Source: an uncultured Gemmatimonadaceae bacterium (GTDB taxonomy: Bacteria; Gemmatimonadota; Gemmatimonadetes; Gemmatimonadales; Gemmatimonadaceae). Taken from it: 64,000 bases of DNA. Each line of letters opens with the position of its first letter. Position 1 is the first letter of the stretch. The position numbers and the translations under genes were made by a program. The notes beneath the pieces were generated by a model that was given only the letters and a program-made list of their open reading frames with translations, was not told the origin of the DNA and ran no database searches. Below are positions 29,684 to 41,002 of the stretch, piece by piece. The stretch is taken from positions 896,001 through 960,000 of the forward strand of contig CAWBOC010000009.1 of the NCBI GenBank assembly GCA_963790305.1, written 5' to 3'.

Positions 29684-31021
29684 TCAAGGTTGTGAAAGCG
29701 GACGGAGATCCTGCTTTGCTGACATCGCCGGTTGGGAAGCTCCGGCGGATCTCGCGGGCAACATGCGCTCGTAGACGCGACGCACTCCACTGGCGTAGCG
29801 CCGCACCGTGAACTGCTCCGCGCGCTGCAGGGCGCCCTTGCCCAGCTCGTCGCGCCGAATGGGGTCATGGACCAGGTTGGTGAGCACTTCGGCGAGTTGC
29901 GCGGGCACCATCGAATCGAAGGTGATTCCGGAAGAGCGATCGACCACTTCAGCGGGCCCTCCGCTGTTCGCCGCAACGACAGCCTTACCCAGCGACATGG
30001 CCTCGACGACCACCAGACCGAAGGGTTCGGGACGAACCGACGCGTGCAGTGCGATATCGGACGCGTTGAGCAAATCGGGCACGTCATCGCGACTACCGAG
30101 AAATGTCACATGGTCGGCCAGATCGGCCCGCTTTACCGTGGCCTCGAGCTCGTTCATGTACGGCCGATCATCCACGGTTAGGCCACCGGCAAAAGCGACG
30201 TAAAACCCGTTCCGCGCCGTTGCCGGCATCTGCTCGAGCGCTGCGAGTACTACATGCTGGCCCTTCCACTGGCGAACGTTTCCGACCATGAGCGCCATGA
30301 CGGCGTGGCCGGGAATGCCCAACTCGCGACGCACTTCCTCGCGGGTTCGCTTCACGCGGGCGCGGAACGATTCGAGGTCGACGCCCGGATAAATCAGATC
30401 CATCCGATCCGATTTGATTCCCGCGCGGAGCATCGCCTGGGTGATGAACTCGCTGACGCTCAGGTAGTGGTCGAAGGCGCGAAACAGACGCTTGTGCAGC
30501 CAACCGCCACCAGGACCACGCGCGTCACCCGCCACGTTTGCAACGCACGGAATGCGAAGCACGCGCGCGGCCGGAAGCCAATCGTCGTTCCCCGTCGCCG
30601 GCGAGTTGTTGATGTGGATCAAGTCGATCCGATGCTGGCGCAAGAATCGGAAGCGTCGCACGATCGTCGCGCAATTCTCGAAGAGCTTGGCCAGGCGGTT
30701 GCCATTCCGGCGAATGAAGCGCTCCCGGGCACGCACCTCTTCGAGAACCACGACATCCACGCCGTGGGTCCGTAACCTGGCAGCGTATACGTTGTCCTGA
30801 TAAAAAAGCACGACCGGCTCGTACTGCGTCCGATCCAGGTTGGAGACCAGGTCGAACAGCACTCGGTGTGAGCCACCGACCGTTCCGTCCTCATTCGCTT
30901 CGATATAGAGGATCCGGTGTGGGCGAGGCCCGGCCGCGCGCGACCCAATGGAGCCACTCGATGTCGGCGATTCGCCGAGCGCAGTTCCGGGGTCTGCCGC
31001 AGCACGTTCCATGGCGTTCAT
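29684..31021 (-). CDS. GT4 family glycosyltransferase
   Basis: GGSHRVL, VGNVRQWKGQ, EPFGLVVVEAM. Start 31021 or 31012. Confidence 0.9.
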   Translation of the reverse strand: MNAMERAAADPGTALGESPTSSGSIGSRAAGPRPHRILYIEANEDGTVGGSHRVLFDLVSNLDRTQYEPVVLFYQDNVYAARLRTHGVDVVVLEEVRARERFIRRNGNRLAKLFENCATIVRRFRFLRQHRIDLIHINNSPATGNDDWLPAARVLRIPCVANVAGDARGPGGGWLHKRLFRAFDHYLSVSEFITQAMLRAGIKSDRMDLIYPGVDLESFRARVKRTREEVRRELGIPGHAVMALMVGNVRQWKGQHVVLAALEQMPATARNGFYVAFAGGLTVDDRPYMNELEATVKRADLADHVTFLGSRDDVPDLLNASDIALHASVRPEPFGLVVVEAMSLGKAVVAANSGGPAEVVDRSSGITFDSMVPAQLAEVLTNLVHDPIRRDELGKGALQRAEQFTVRRYASGVRRVYERMLPARSAGASQPAMSAKQDLRPLSQP

Positions 31022-31106
31022 CGCCCGCGTTCGTTGGATGGTCACGAATGATTGAAGCGGTTGACGCGTGCCCGTAAGTGAGGGTCCGGGCGAACCCACG
31101 AGTCCA

Positions 31107-31122
31107 TGCATACCAGGCGCCG
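31107..31122 (-). promoter_or_regulatory. sigma-54 promoter candidate
   Basis: Minus strand CGGCGC-CTGGT-ATGCA; palindrome-like TGTGGCT-CGCG-TGCTACG at 31207-31224. Confidence 0.5.
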
Positions 31123-31202
31123 GACGTTCGTGGCCTCCGCCAGCTCCGCGAAGTCATTGCGCCACTTCTTGTTAGTAGAACGGTACCAGGCTGCGTGGGC
31201 AC

Positions 31203-32471
31203 TCAATGTGGCTCGCGTGCTACGGCTCGGCCGGCTCCTGAGTTGACGACCAGGCCTCGTGCCAGCACGATGCCCAGACCTATGCCGGCAATCGCGCCGA
31301 GCACGTGGTGCCCGGGAGTGGGAAGAAGTCCAACCCATGCCGGCAAGACCACGATCGCGGCTGCGAAAACCGAGAGCGCGCATAACGACTCCCATCGCCG
31401 ACGCGCCCAGAAGCCCACGGGAACTGCCAGCATCACGAGCCAGACTATGCTCAAGGCCGACTTGAGCAACACTGGCCAATGCTCCATGTAGAGGAAAAGC
31501 GCCCAGCCCATCCCAGCAGAGAAACCACTACTGCAGGGAGGCTCAGGTCCAAATCCCACGCAATAATTCCGGCCCGAACGGCGAGCCGTGACGGTGACGT
31601 CTGAACCGGGCACGAGGTTGCGCCAACCGCCAACAACGCGAAGGTCCGGCTGGTCCAGCCTTGCCGAGGCAGAACGCATCCGCACCCGGAACACGAGGTC
31701 GTCCCGATCGGGGCCAATCAGAGCGACCTCGCGTTTGAGGTCATCGTAAATGGCGAACATGGCGGCTTGTCGGGATGTCCTGGGCGCCACAACTGCAACG
31801 ACGCGAATCGGCGCACCCGCGTGTAACAGGTCACGGACCCGAGTCGGTCGCTCGATCCGCCCAGGCGGAAAAGGTTGTCCGCCAATGGATGCCGACCGGA
31901 CCGGTGCATCGTAGGGGTCCAGGTGCCTGAGTGCCGGCGTCCACATCACGAAATACGTGCCCTCGGGGGTCTCGGGCTCGAACAGCAAACCCGTGCTGGC
32001 AATAATCGCCGTGGCAATGAAGGCGGCGGCGAGGGACAGACGGCTGGCACGAATGCGGTCGTAACCGAGCCACCACCATGAGGTCTTGACGACGGCAACA
32101 CCTGCCGCGGCTCCCAGTGTGTTGAAGACCAGATCGCCAACACTGGCATCGCGACCGGGAATGAGCGTCATTTGCGCGAATTCAACGGTGCCAGAGAGCG
32201 CAGCGCCGAGCGCCAGCGCGGCAAGCGTGGACCGTCCAGTGAGGGCGGCCGCGGCGCCTAACGGCATGAACAGGATGACATTGACTATGGCATCGGCGAG
32301 GCCGCGGTCTCCACAGATCAGGCAGCCAATGTTTCCACCGTCTCCGGTGGGCTGCATGGGGTACAGCGTTGCGACCAGCACAAGCGCCGCGGCTATGAAG
32401 ATGAAGGCGCGTGCAACGCGGGAGCCGAGCGATCGGGGGTGCGCGTCGGACCTGGGCGTCGGGTCAGTCAC
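31203..32471 (-). CDS. VanZ-domain membrane protein
   Basis: DAIVNVILFMPLG, VEFAQMTLIPGRDASVGDLVFNTLG; periplasmic domain and further TMs. Confidence 0.8.
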   Translation of the reverse strand: MTDPTPRSDAHPRSLGSRVARAFIFIAAALVLVATLYPMQPTGDGGNIGCLICGDRGLADAIVNVILFMPLGAAAALTGRSTLAALALGAALSGTVEFAQMTLIPGRDASVGDLVFNTLGAAAGVAVVKTSWWWLGYDRIRASRLSLAAAFIATAIIASTGLLFEPETPEGTYFVMWTPALRHLDPYDAPVRSASIGGQPFPPGRIERPTRVRDLLHAGAPIRVVAVVAPRTSRQAAMFAIYDDLKREVALIGPDRDDLVFRVRMRSASARLDQPDLRVVGGWRNLVPGSDVTVTARRSGRNYCVGFGPEPPCSSGFSAGMGWALFLYMEHWPVLLKSALSIVWLVMLAVPVGFWARRRWESLCALSVFAAAIVVLPAWVGLLPTPGHHVLGAIAGIGLGIVLARGLVVNSGAGRAVAREPH

Positions 32472-32510
32472 CGCGGGTCGGTACGCTCACGACATACAGC
32501 ACGCGATGCC

Positions 32511-33741
32511 ATGACATGGCAGTTGCGCGAACGGCCCCCGGAAACGCTGGTCATTTGTTCGGTTGATACCGAAGAGGACGACTGGGAGCCGCGGCGCGAT
32601 GGCGTGACGGTCAACAACCTCGGCCAACTCCCGCGGCTGAGCGAATTGATGGGAGAGCTGAACGCCCCAGTGACGTACTTCGTCACGCACGCAGTCGCCG
32701 CGGATGCTGCTTCGTGCAAGGCGCTGCGCAAGATGGTGGATGAGGGGAACAGTGAAATCGGAGCACACCTGCACCCCTGGAATACCCCTCCGCTGACGGA
32801 GAGTATAAGCCCGCCGAATCTGATGCTCAACAACCTGCCGGCGTCCGTGCAGTTCGCGAAGTTGCGACAACTCACGGATCGGCTCGAGGATGCGTTTGGT
32901 CAGGCGCCCGCTTCATTCCGCGCCGGCCGATCCGGATTAGGGTCGAGCACGATCGACGTGATCCGTCGTTGCGGCTACACCATCGATAGCAGCGTCATGC
33001 CGTTCTACGATCTGAGCTCGGTACACGGACCGACGTTTGTCGGAGCGCCCAACCGCGCGTACTGCATCGGCGAGAACGGCAACGCTCTGGAACCGCTGGA
33101 TGCGGGACCGGTTCTGGAGATTCCAGTCTCCTCGGCGTATAGCCGAGTGCCCGTTCGAGCTGTGGGATGCGATTCACAGGCGACTGGGATCACGGGTCGG
33201 GCGCGCGATCCGGCTGCCGGGCCTCGCGGCGCGCGCGGGGCTCCTCAGCAAGATCGCGTTAAAGCCTGAGCTCGAGAGCGTCAAGGATATGCTCCGCCTC
33301 TCCCGAACACTGATTGGACAGGGCAGCTCGCATTTGCAGATCATGTGGCACAGCCCCAGCCTGCTTCCGGGGACCTCGCCCTTCGTGCGCACTCCCGCGG
33401 AGCGTGATCGCTTGCTGGCGCGGATTCGTGGCTTTATCGAGGGGCTGCGGCAGATTGGCCCGATGCGTTTCGTCACGCTGAGCCAGGCCGCCAGGAGCCT
33501 GGCTCAGGAAGGCCCTGAGAGGCCCGTGGCCCCGTCTCACACCCCGGTAGCCGAATGTGTTGCGCTGGCGCGCCCGAGTGTTGCGCGGCGACCCAGGCTG
33601 AGGATCCCTGGGCACGAGGGCCGACACCGTAACCCCTATTGGCATATGTTGTTACGCGTCGTTAACCGGGACAGTTCCGCTGGTGCTGAGGGGGCACGTC
33701 GGTTGCCCCCACGCAGGTGCTGGCGCAGCCCGTCAGCCTGA
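32511..33741 (+). CDS. Polysaccharide deacetylase-like protein (WalW type); frameshift near 33150, true 3' end uncertain
   Basis: SVDTEED, EIGAHLHPWNTPP, FRAGR, DSSVMP, then WHSPSLLPGTSPFV in the next frame. Confidence 0.75.
33692..33706 (+). promoter_or_regulatory. sigma-54 promoter for the FemAB-asnB operon
   Basis: GGGCACG-TCGG-TTGC; tandem TGTTGCG half-sites at 33558 and 33579. Confidence 0.7.
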
Positions 33742-33825
33742 GGCCGGCGGGATCTCTTCGACTGGCGTCCGCCGTATCTCGTAAACAGAGGGGACCGCGT
33801 GCCGCTGGGCGTCAACCAAGTTGGT

Positions 33826-34929
33826 ATGGCTACTCTCGACCCATTGCGGCGAACTCCCCGGACCGAAGCCCCCTCCCCTCGGAAAATCAAGGCTGAAAGC
33901 CTGCAGTCGATCCGGGTCGAAGAATTCCGCGGCGATGCCGCGGAGTGGGACGGGTACGTCCGACGCTCTGTACAGGGTACGTTCTGCCACCTGTCAGGCT
34001 GGCGCGAGATCATCACGGGCGTGCTCGGGCACGAGTGCCACTATTTCGTCGCCCGTGATGATTCGGGCGAATGCCAAGGCGTGCTTCCACTGGCTCGGGT
34101 TCGCAGCCGCCTGTTCGGCGATTACCTGCTCTCCATGCCGTTCCTGAACTACGGCGGGCCGATCGGCACGCCCGAAGCGGAGCAGCAGCTTGGTCGTCAT
34201 GCTCACCAGCTGGCGCAAGAGTTCAAGGTGAAACTGCTGGAGCTGCGGACTCGCCATCGGACACGCAGCGAGCTCCAGAGTGCAGATCGCAAGGTTACCG
34301 TTTTGCTGCCGTTGCCCGCTTCGGCCGAAGCGTTGATGGCGAAATTCCCCGGCAAGCTGCGGAGTCAGATCCGGCGGCCGATGAAGGAAGGCATGGAAGT
34401 TCGCTTTGGTGCGGACCAGCGTGACGCCTTCTATGCGGTTTTCGCGCGCAACATGCGCGATCTGGGAACCCCGGTTTTGCCTCGGCGCCTCTTCGATGAG
34501 CTCGCCCGCGTCTTTCCACGGGAAGTGGTCTTCTGTGCGGTTTATTACCAGGGCCAGCCTGTGGCCGCCGGTTGCGGTTTCGTTTGGGGGCAGGAGTTCG
34601 AGCTGACCTGGGCCTCGTCGTTGCGGGAGCACAGCCAGCGCGCGCCGAACATGCTGCTGTATTGGGGATTGATGCAGCACATGATTGAACGGGGCCTGGG
34701 CGTTTTCAACTTTGGACGCTGCACACCTGACGGCGGGACGCACCGCTTCAAGTTGCAGTGGGGCGGCGAAACCGTTCCGCTCCCCTGGCTGCAATGGTCG
34801 TCGACCGGTACCGCGGCTCCTCCGAGTCCCGACCGTCCGCTCTTCCAGATGGCAACACGCGTGTGGTCTCGCATGCCGCTCGCCATGGCCAACACGATCG
34901 GCCCTTTCCTGGCGCGCAGCCTACCATGA
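33826..34929 (+). CDS. FemAB-family GNAT protein (XrtA/PEP-CTERM-system-associated type)
   Basis: SMPFLNYGG, KLRSQIRR, NMRDLGTPV, FNFGRCT, FKLQWG. Confidence 0.85.
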   Translation: MATLDPLRRTPRTEAPSPRKIKAESLQSIRVEEFRGDAAEWDGYVRRSVQGTFCHLSGWREIITGVLGHECHYFVARDDSGECQGVLPLARVRSRLFGDYLLSMPFLNYGGPIGTPEAEQQLGRHAHQLAQEFKVKLLELRTRHRTRSELQSADRKVTVLLPLPASAEALMAKFPGKLRSQIRRPMKEGMEVRFGADQRDAFYAVFARNMRDLGTPVLPRRLFDELARVFPREVVFCAVYYQGQPVAAGCGFVWGQEFELTWASSLREHSQRAPNMLLYWGLMQHMIERGLGVFNFGRCTPDGGTHRFKLQWGGETVPLPWLQWSSTGTAAPPSPDRPLFQMATRVWSRMPLAMANTIGPFLARSLP

Positions 34930-34956
34930 TCCAGCTACGCTTGGCGTCGTCCTGAT

Positions 34957-36910
34957 ATGTGCGGATTCGCCGGACTACTGACGAGCGAGCGCTATCGTCA
35001 CGACGAGCTGCGCGCCATCACCCGTCGAATGGTGGACACGCTGATCCATCGTGGACCCGATTCGTCGGGCGAATGGGTGGACGCGCAGGCGGGCGTCGGA
35101 TTGGGTTTCCGGCGACTCGCCATCATCGATCTATCCGAGCACGGGCATCAGCCGATGATGTCCGCATCCGGTCGCTTCTGGATCACGTTCAACGGCGAGG
35201 TTTTCAATTTCGCCGCACTGCGTCAGGAGCTGGAGGCGGCCGGTGCGCGGTTTCGCGGCCATTCCGATACGGAGGTCATACTGGCGGCCTTCGAGCGCTG
35301 GGGGATTGAAGCCTCGGTCAAGCGCTTCATTGGCATGTTTGCCATGGCGGTGTGGGACACGCAGACGCGCAGCCTAACGTTGATTCGTGACCGCCTCGGC
35401 ATCAAGCCGCTCTTCATTTACAGTCACGGAGGATTGATCTCTTTCGGCTCGGAGCTGAAAGCGTTGCAGGCAGGTCCTGCGTTCGACCGTGCGCTCGACC
35501 GTCAGTCGCTCACGCAGTATTTGCGCTACCTCTACGTGGAAGCGCCGCGCTCGATCTTCCGGCATGTGACCAAGCTGCGGCCCGGGCACATGCTGACGCT
35601 CACCGACCCGACAGCCCCACTGCCCGAGTCGCAGGCCGTTCTGGACTCTCGAGGATGCATGGCAGCGCGGCGAGACCAATCGCTTCGTCGGTTCCGAGGA
35701 CGAAGCGCTCGATGCGTTGGATAGCCTGCTGAGCGATTCGGTTCGGCTGCGCCTGCAAGCGGATGTGCCGTTAGGTGCGCTCTTCTCCGGGGGGATCGAT
35801 TCGTCGACGGTGGTCGCGCTCATGCAGGAGCAGTCGCCGCGGCCGGTGAAGACATTCACGTGCGCGTTCAATGCGGCGGAGCACAACGAGGCGCACCATG
35901 CGGCGCGGCTGGCCAAGCACCTGGGGACGGATCACACGGAGCTGATGGTCACCGGTGAGGATGCGCTTTCGGTCGTGCCGAAGCTCGCCGAATTGTTCGA
36001 TGAGCCCCATGCCGACACCGCGCAGATTCCGGCGTACCTGGTGTGCGCGCTGGCGCGTCGCGACGTGACCGTCGCGCTCTCTGGTGATGGCGGCGATGAG
36101 GTTTTCGGCGGCTACAACCGGTACGCGTACGGCGCGCGCCTGTTGCCACGAATTCAGCGCATGCCCGCACCCGCGCGTCGATTGGTTGCCAGCGGGATCG
36201 GCCTGTTTTCTTCAGACTCGCTCGCGCGCGCACACCAGCGGATGACGCCCGTACTGCCGCTGGCGCTTCGTCAGCGTCTCGCCGGCGAAAAGCTCATGAA
36301 GGTCGGGCACGTGATGGGTCGTGACGGCGATGCCGACATGTATCGCTCGCTGGTTTCCGCCTGGCAGGAACCAGATCGGCTGGTGATCGGCGGACATGAG
36401 GCATCTTCAGCGGTAGACCGCGTGCTCTCGCAACCATGGCCGCCCCGCTTGATCGATCGCATGATGTACGCCGATCAGCTCGGCTATTTGCCGGACGATC
36501 AGCTCGCGAAGATCGATCGCGTCAGCATGGGTGTCAGCCTCGAGGTTCGTGTTCCCTTGCTCGACCATCGGATCGTCGAGTTCGCCTCGACCTTGCCCAC
36601 GCGATTCAAGGTCGCGAACGGCAAAGGGAAGCTGATTCTTCGGCGGGTCCTGTACCGTCGTGTTCCGCAGGAGCTGGTCGAGCGACCGAAGATGGGATTC
36701 TCGGTTCCGCTCGCTCAATGGCTGCGCGGGCCGCTGCGTCAGTGGTCGGAGGATCTGCTCTCGGAGGATGCACTTCGCCGCGACGAGATTCTGCAGGTCG
36801 AGCCGATCCGTCGGAGCTGGAAATCCTTCCTCGAGGGCCGCGGCGAGAACGCGCTCGGTCTCTGGTCCGTTCTGGTTTTCCAGGCGTGGCGCCAGCGTTG
36901 GCTCTCGTGA
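34957..36910 (+). CDS. asnB: Asparagine synthase-like glutamine amidotransferase; frameshift near 35634
   Basis: N-terminal MCG, HRGPD, FNGEVFN, RDRLGIKPL, SGGIDSS, SGDGGDE, LEVRVPLLD, RPKMGF. Confidence 0.9.
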
Positions 36911-36920
36911 GGCCTCTCGT

Positions 36921-38030
36921 TCAGGCAACGGCCTCCAGGTAGACAGCCTCATAACGCCGAGTCATCGCGTCGGCGCTGTAGCTCGCTTCAAAGGTCCGCC
37001 GTGCGGTCTGGCTGTAGTTCCTTCTCAGCTCCGGTTGCGCAAGCACGTGCGCCAGCTCCGCGGCGAGGGCGTCGGGATCGCGAGCCGGCACCAGCGACCC
37101 GTTCTCTCGATGGCGAATCACCTTGCCGACGCCACCAACGTCCGAAGCGACCACGGGCGTGCCGGCGGCGAATGCCTCGAGCAACGCCATGGGCAGGCCT
37201 TCCCATATCGACGGCATCACGAACACGTCGAAGGCGCGCACCAGCTCAGGCATGTCCAGGCGCATGCCGAGGAAATGCACAGCGCTGGCAATGCCCAGCT
37301 CCCCCGCCGCTCGCTTCAGATAGTCGTCTTGATCACCCGTCCCTGCGATGACGACCTGCAAACCGGGATACTGCTCGCGCAGCCGTGGTACGGCCTGGAG
37401 CAGATAGATCGCACCCTTCTGCTCCGTCAACCTCGCGGCCAGCCCAATGACGGGACCACTGGATAGACCAAGAGCAGCTCGCTTTGCGGCCACGTCGACG
37501 GGCTGCGTGAAGCGCTCACCATCAATGCCGTTAGGTATGACGGTGATCCGGGAGGGTGAGATCTTCTCGTAGTGGACGAGGTTTTTCTTGGTGTCATCCG
37601 ACACCGCGACGATCTTATCGAGAAAATAGGACGCGACATGTTCGGCGATCATGTAGCGGAGCTTGTCCGGGAAGCTGCGCGCATGGTCCGTGTGTACATG
37701 TCCGCGCACGCCGGTCAATCGCGCTGCCGCGAAGGCATCGAATAGCGGGAGCGTGTTGTGGGTGTGAAACAGGTCGATACGCCGCTTGCGTGCTTCACGC
37801 GCCACTTTCCGGAACGCGAAGTAGTCTCCCTTCCCGGGCGCGCCGCCGATGTCGATGACCTCGACCCCCAGCTGCGTCAATTCCGGCTCGAGCTCTCCGC
37901 TGCCGCGCAGAACCAGAACGGACGGCTCGAAGCGACTGCGGTCAATGGTGCGGCATATCGTCACGACAACGCGCTCGAGACCGCCGACGCCAAGGTCTTC
38001 GATCACGTGCATCAAGCGGATCTTGTTCAT
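36921..38030 (-). CDS. GT4 family glycosyltransferase
   Basis: GGLERVV, ARLTEQKG, PSIWEGLPMALLEAF. Confidence 0.9.
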   Translation of the reverse strand: MNKIRLMHVIEDLGVGGLERVVVTICRTIDRSRFEPSVLVLRGSGELEPELTQLGVEVIDIGGAPGKGDYFAFRKVAREARKRRIDLFHTHNTLPLFDAFAAARLTGVRGHVHTDHARSFPDKLRYMIAEHVASYFLDKIVAVSDDTKKNLVHYEKISPSRITVIPNGIDGERFTQPVDVAAKRAALGLSSGPVIGLAARLTEQKGAIYLLQAVPRLREQYPGLQVVIAGTGDQDDYLKRAAGELGIASAVHFLGMRLDMPELVRAFDVFVMPSIWEGLPMALLEAFAAGTPVVASDVGGVGKVIRHRENGSLVPARDPDALAAELAHVLAQPELRRNYSQTARRTFEASYSADAMTRRYEAVYLEAVA

Positions 38031-38070
38031 CTACCGGATCTGGGTTGATCGAAGCATCGCATGATGCATG

Positions 38071-38099
38071 AAAAGAGGTCCCGGTTGCCCAGGGCCTCT
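38071..38099 (-). terminator. Intrinsic terminator-like hairpin
   Basis: Minus strand AGAGGCCCTGG-GCAA-CCGGGACCTCT-TTT, downstream of the gene ending at 38160. Confidence 0.55.
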
Positions 38100-38159
38100 C
38101 CTCGCCGTTGGAGCCAGTGCGAACGATTCAGCGCCGCCGGATTCTATCGGTGCGTTGCG

Positions 38160-39505
38160 CTAGTGGGCAGCGCGCGATGAGCGGACGTGGTTCACGATCT
38201 CGCGCGCTTGCGCCTTGCCGATGATCTCGCTGGCAACCGGCTCAATGTGATAGTCGGTCCGGTTAAAGAGACGTTCCTTCCCTTGATACTCCCGCAGACG
38301 AGGCAGATTGTCGACGAAGACCCAGCCGCTTTCCACTGCCATGCGTTTCAGCGTCTGGTAGAGCTCGAGCTCTTCGGCAACACCGGACTCGTAGGTGATC
38401 GGCAGTTTGCCGATGACTTCGAGGAACGCGGGGTCGACGGGCGTCCGATTCACCAGCTGATAGGAGGGCACAGGGCTCATGACCAGCAGCCGGTTCGGAT
38501 TCTGCTGCCGAACGAGCTCGAGCAGCGCCTTCACGCGCCGGACACTCTCCTCGCGGCTGCCGGGGAAACGATAGAAGAAGAGCTGCTGATTGAGCATTTG
38601 CGCCGAGAAGGCATGCGGATACTCCACGCTATCGGAAGCAGCCTTGCGCAGGTCATTCATGTATCCGCCGACTGCGAGGACGCCTGCCTTTTGGCTCGAT
38701 GCGACGTCACGCAGATAGTGCACGCGCAGCAGGACCCGCCGGAGGCCGGTTTTCTGGTACGCTGATTCCATGAGGAAGAGCACTCGGCTGTCGCGCTTCT
38801 TCTGCGGCGAATCGAGTTGGTACCACACCGGGTCGGCAATGCGGTATCCGTCGCCTTCAGCCTCGAAATAGGGCCGGTCATCGACTCGTAACATGTCATA
38901 GAAGTCGTTGCCGGTGTAGAGATTCAGGACGAACGCGTCGGCAGAGTACCGCTGCATGGGCTCGCGGACGGCCAGGTACGCCTGCAGCGGCGAGTACTTG
39001 CCTGCGCCAAAGGCGAACACGGCGCTTTTCAACGCCAATGCGTTCAGCTCGCGCTCCATCACGCCGAAATGGACCTTGTCATTCGGCTCGCAAAGATCGG
39101 TATGTGAATCGCCACCGACTGCGACCTTGAACGCCCTGAGTTCTGCCGCAGCTCCTGCGCGGAATGCGGAGTGCGAATGCCATCTTCATTTCGCGTGAAG
39201 ACGACGGTCTGCTTCGTCGCGAGACTTGGACAGCTCGCCTCGACCATCCTGCCAGTAGCACGCGCCGAGACCCAGCCGACGGTGGGATGACCGTAGTTGT
39301 ATCTCGGCGGGAACAGGTTCATCGCAATCAATACGCGGTCGACGGCGACTAACGTGAGCGCCGTAACCAGGGCGTACACCAACAAACCGATCGCGATGCG
39401 TTTCGCCTTGCCTCTCGTCTGAGCGCGCGGCTTGCCGTCATCATGCGGCGTTGCCCGTGCATGCACGGGGGGGCTCATCCCGATGGACGTTTTCTCCATG
39501 TCCAA
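38160..39505 (-). CDS. Membrane-anchored SGNH-fold protein; frameshift near 39135
   Basis: TM anchor and NEDGIR in one frame, then VGGDSH, YTGNDF and TDYH in the next. Confidence 0.72.
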
Positions 39506-40993
39506 TCAGCCAGCCATCGGCCTTTGAGCCGGAAGACCGCCACGCTGCCGGGTCCTGGGGATTGAAGCGGTTCCATGTCGACCAGGCTCCGACTCCACGG
39601 CCTGGACCTCCTCTCGAGGAGCCCTCTGCATCTCCTTGTGCACCAGCAGGTGCAGGCCGCCCAGATACGCGAAGATCACATATGGGACGATCGTGTATGC
39701 GTGCGACAGGAAGAGCGAGGTTACTGCGAAGCCCAGGAAGGACATCGGAAGAAAGAGGCAGGCGTCGCTCAAGAACTTCCGCTCGGCACTCTCGTATTCC
39801 CATGAGGTAGGGAGGCGTCTCCGCAGGCGCCATAGCCCCGCGGTCCCGCCCAGCAGCAGGGAGAGCCAGATCATCAGGGCGGGAATTCCCATCTCCGCCC
39901 CCACGTTGACGTACGTGTTGTGAGGCGCGATCCACTCCACCGACAAGCCCTCGCTCATCCGTGCGCTTGCGATGGGGGATATCGTTCCTTCCGCTCGCGG
40001 AAAATTCGCGACGCCAACGCCAAAGAGCGGGCGGCCTAACATGTAGCCGAGACCCCGCTTGGCGATTCCCTTGCGCCCGTACTCCACCGAGTAGTTGTAG
40101 TCCTCCTTCAAATTCAACAGCGTGCTCATCTGCTTCCAGTAGCCCTCCGGCGCGGCAAAGAAGAGCCCGGCCGCCACGGCAACCAGGATGCACACACGCT
40201 TGACCACGGAAATGCGGCGAAGGGTGATGAAGATGGTAATACCGACCACGACCAGGCCGATCATCGCTCCACGCGAGCCGGTCAGAGCGATCGTGACCGG
40301 GATTCCAATCATGGTGGCGAGGCTGAGCATGCGGGTGAGCCGCTTGCCGTTGAAGAAAAAAAGAAGAGAGAGCGGCAGCGCCATCACCAGGATCATTCCG
40401 AGGTCATTCGCGTCAAACATCCCCTGCCCGCCCCCGAGTCGCCCCAAACCCTCTCGCGTGATCTCGAGATCGAGGACCGTCTGGGCCAGCACGACGAGCA
40501 CCCCGACGCTGGCCACAAAGGACCACATCAGCAACGCAAGATCGTGGACGTTCCGAATCGCGATGACGATCAGGAAGAAGAAGATCAGGTTCCTGCTGTA
40601 CACGTTCAGGATGTAGCTCGCCGAACCGCCGAGGGAGAGACCGAAAAGCGCCGAGCCGCAGGCCAGAACGAAGAAAACGATGACCCATTTGGACGTGTAC
40701 GACGCCTTCATGTTCTTCCACGAAACCAGCGTTGGCTTCAGCAATGCCAACAGAACAGCGAGCGCCAGAAAGGTCATGCCGGGTCGGAGCAGGCGGACCG
40801 GACCCATGTACATCTGGATCGCGGCGATGTTGATCATCATGATGCTGAAGAGGCAGATCCGAACCACGTCCGCCGTCGGCGTGAGCGAAATACGCAACGC
40901 AGCGGCAGCGAGGGGATTCCCCCGAGTCCGCTGGGACTGACGGCGGTTCGGCCTCAATGCATCACGGGGCACGCTTATCGGTCCGCTGTTCAA
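39506..40993 (-). CDS. O-antigen ligase / Wzy polymerase family protein
   Basis: Many TMs; DANDLG, TGSRGA, PLFGVG, PHNTY, AEMG. Confidence 0.88.
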   Translation of the reverse strand: MNSGPISVPRDALRPNRRQSQRTRGNPLAAAALRISLTPTADVVRICLFSIMMINIAAIQMYMGPVRLLRPGMTFLALAVLLALLKPTLVSWKNMKASYTSKWVIVFFVLACGSALFGLSLGGSASYILNVYSRNLIFFFLIVIAIRNVHDLALLMWSFVASVGVLVVLAQTVLDLEITREGLGRLGGGQGMFDANDLGMILVMALPLSLLFFFNGKRLTRMLSLATMIGIPVTIALTGSRGAMIGLVVVGITIFITLRRISVVKRVCILVAVAAGLFFAAPEGYWKQMSTLLNLKEDYNYSVEYGRKGIAKRGLGYMLGRPLFGVGVANFPRAEGTISPIASARMSEGLSVEWIAPHNTYVNVGAEMGIPALMIWLSLLLGGTAGLWRLRRRLPTSWEYESAERKFLSDACLFLPMSFLGFAVTSLFLSHAYTIVPYVIFAYLGGLHLLVHKEMQRAPREEVQAVESEPGRHGTASIPRTRQRGGLPAQRPMAG

Positions 40994-41002
40994 AGTCGCG
41001 AC

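Noticed and set aside
6361..39505. Pseudogenes or programmed frameshifts in the kinase, GGDEF, carbamoyltransferase, WalW-like, asnB and SGNH genes
   Set aside because: Each is a single-base indel in a short homopolymer with intact motifs on both sides, typical of long-read error; cannot be confirmed without reads.
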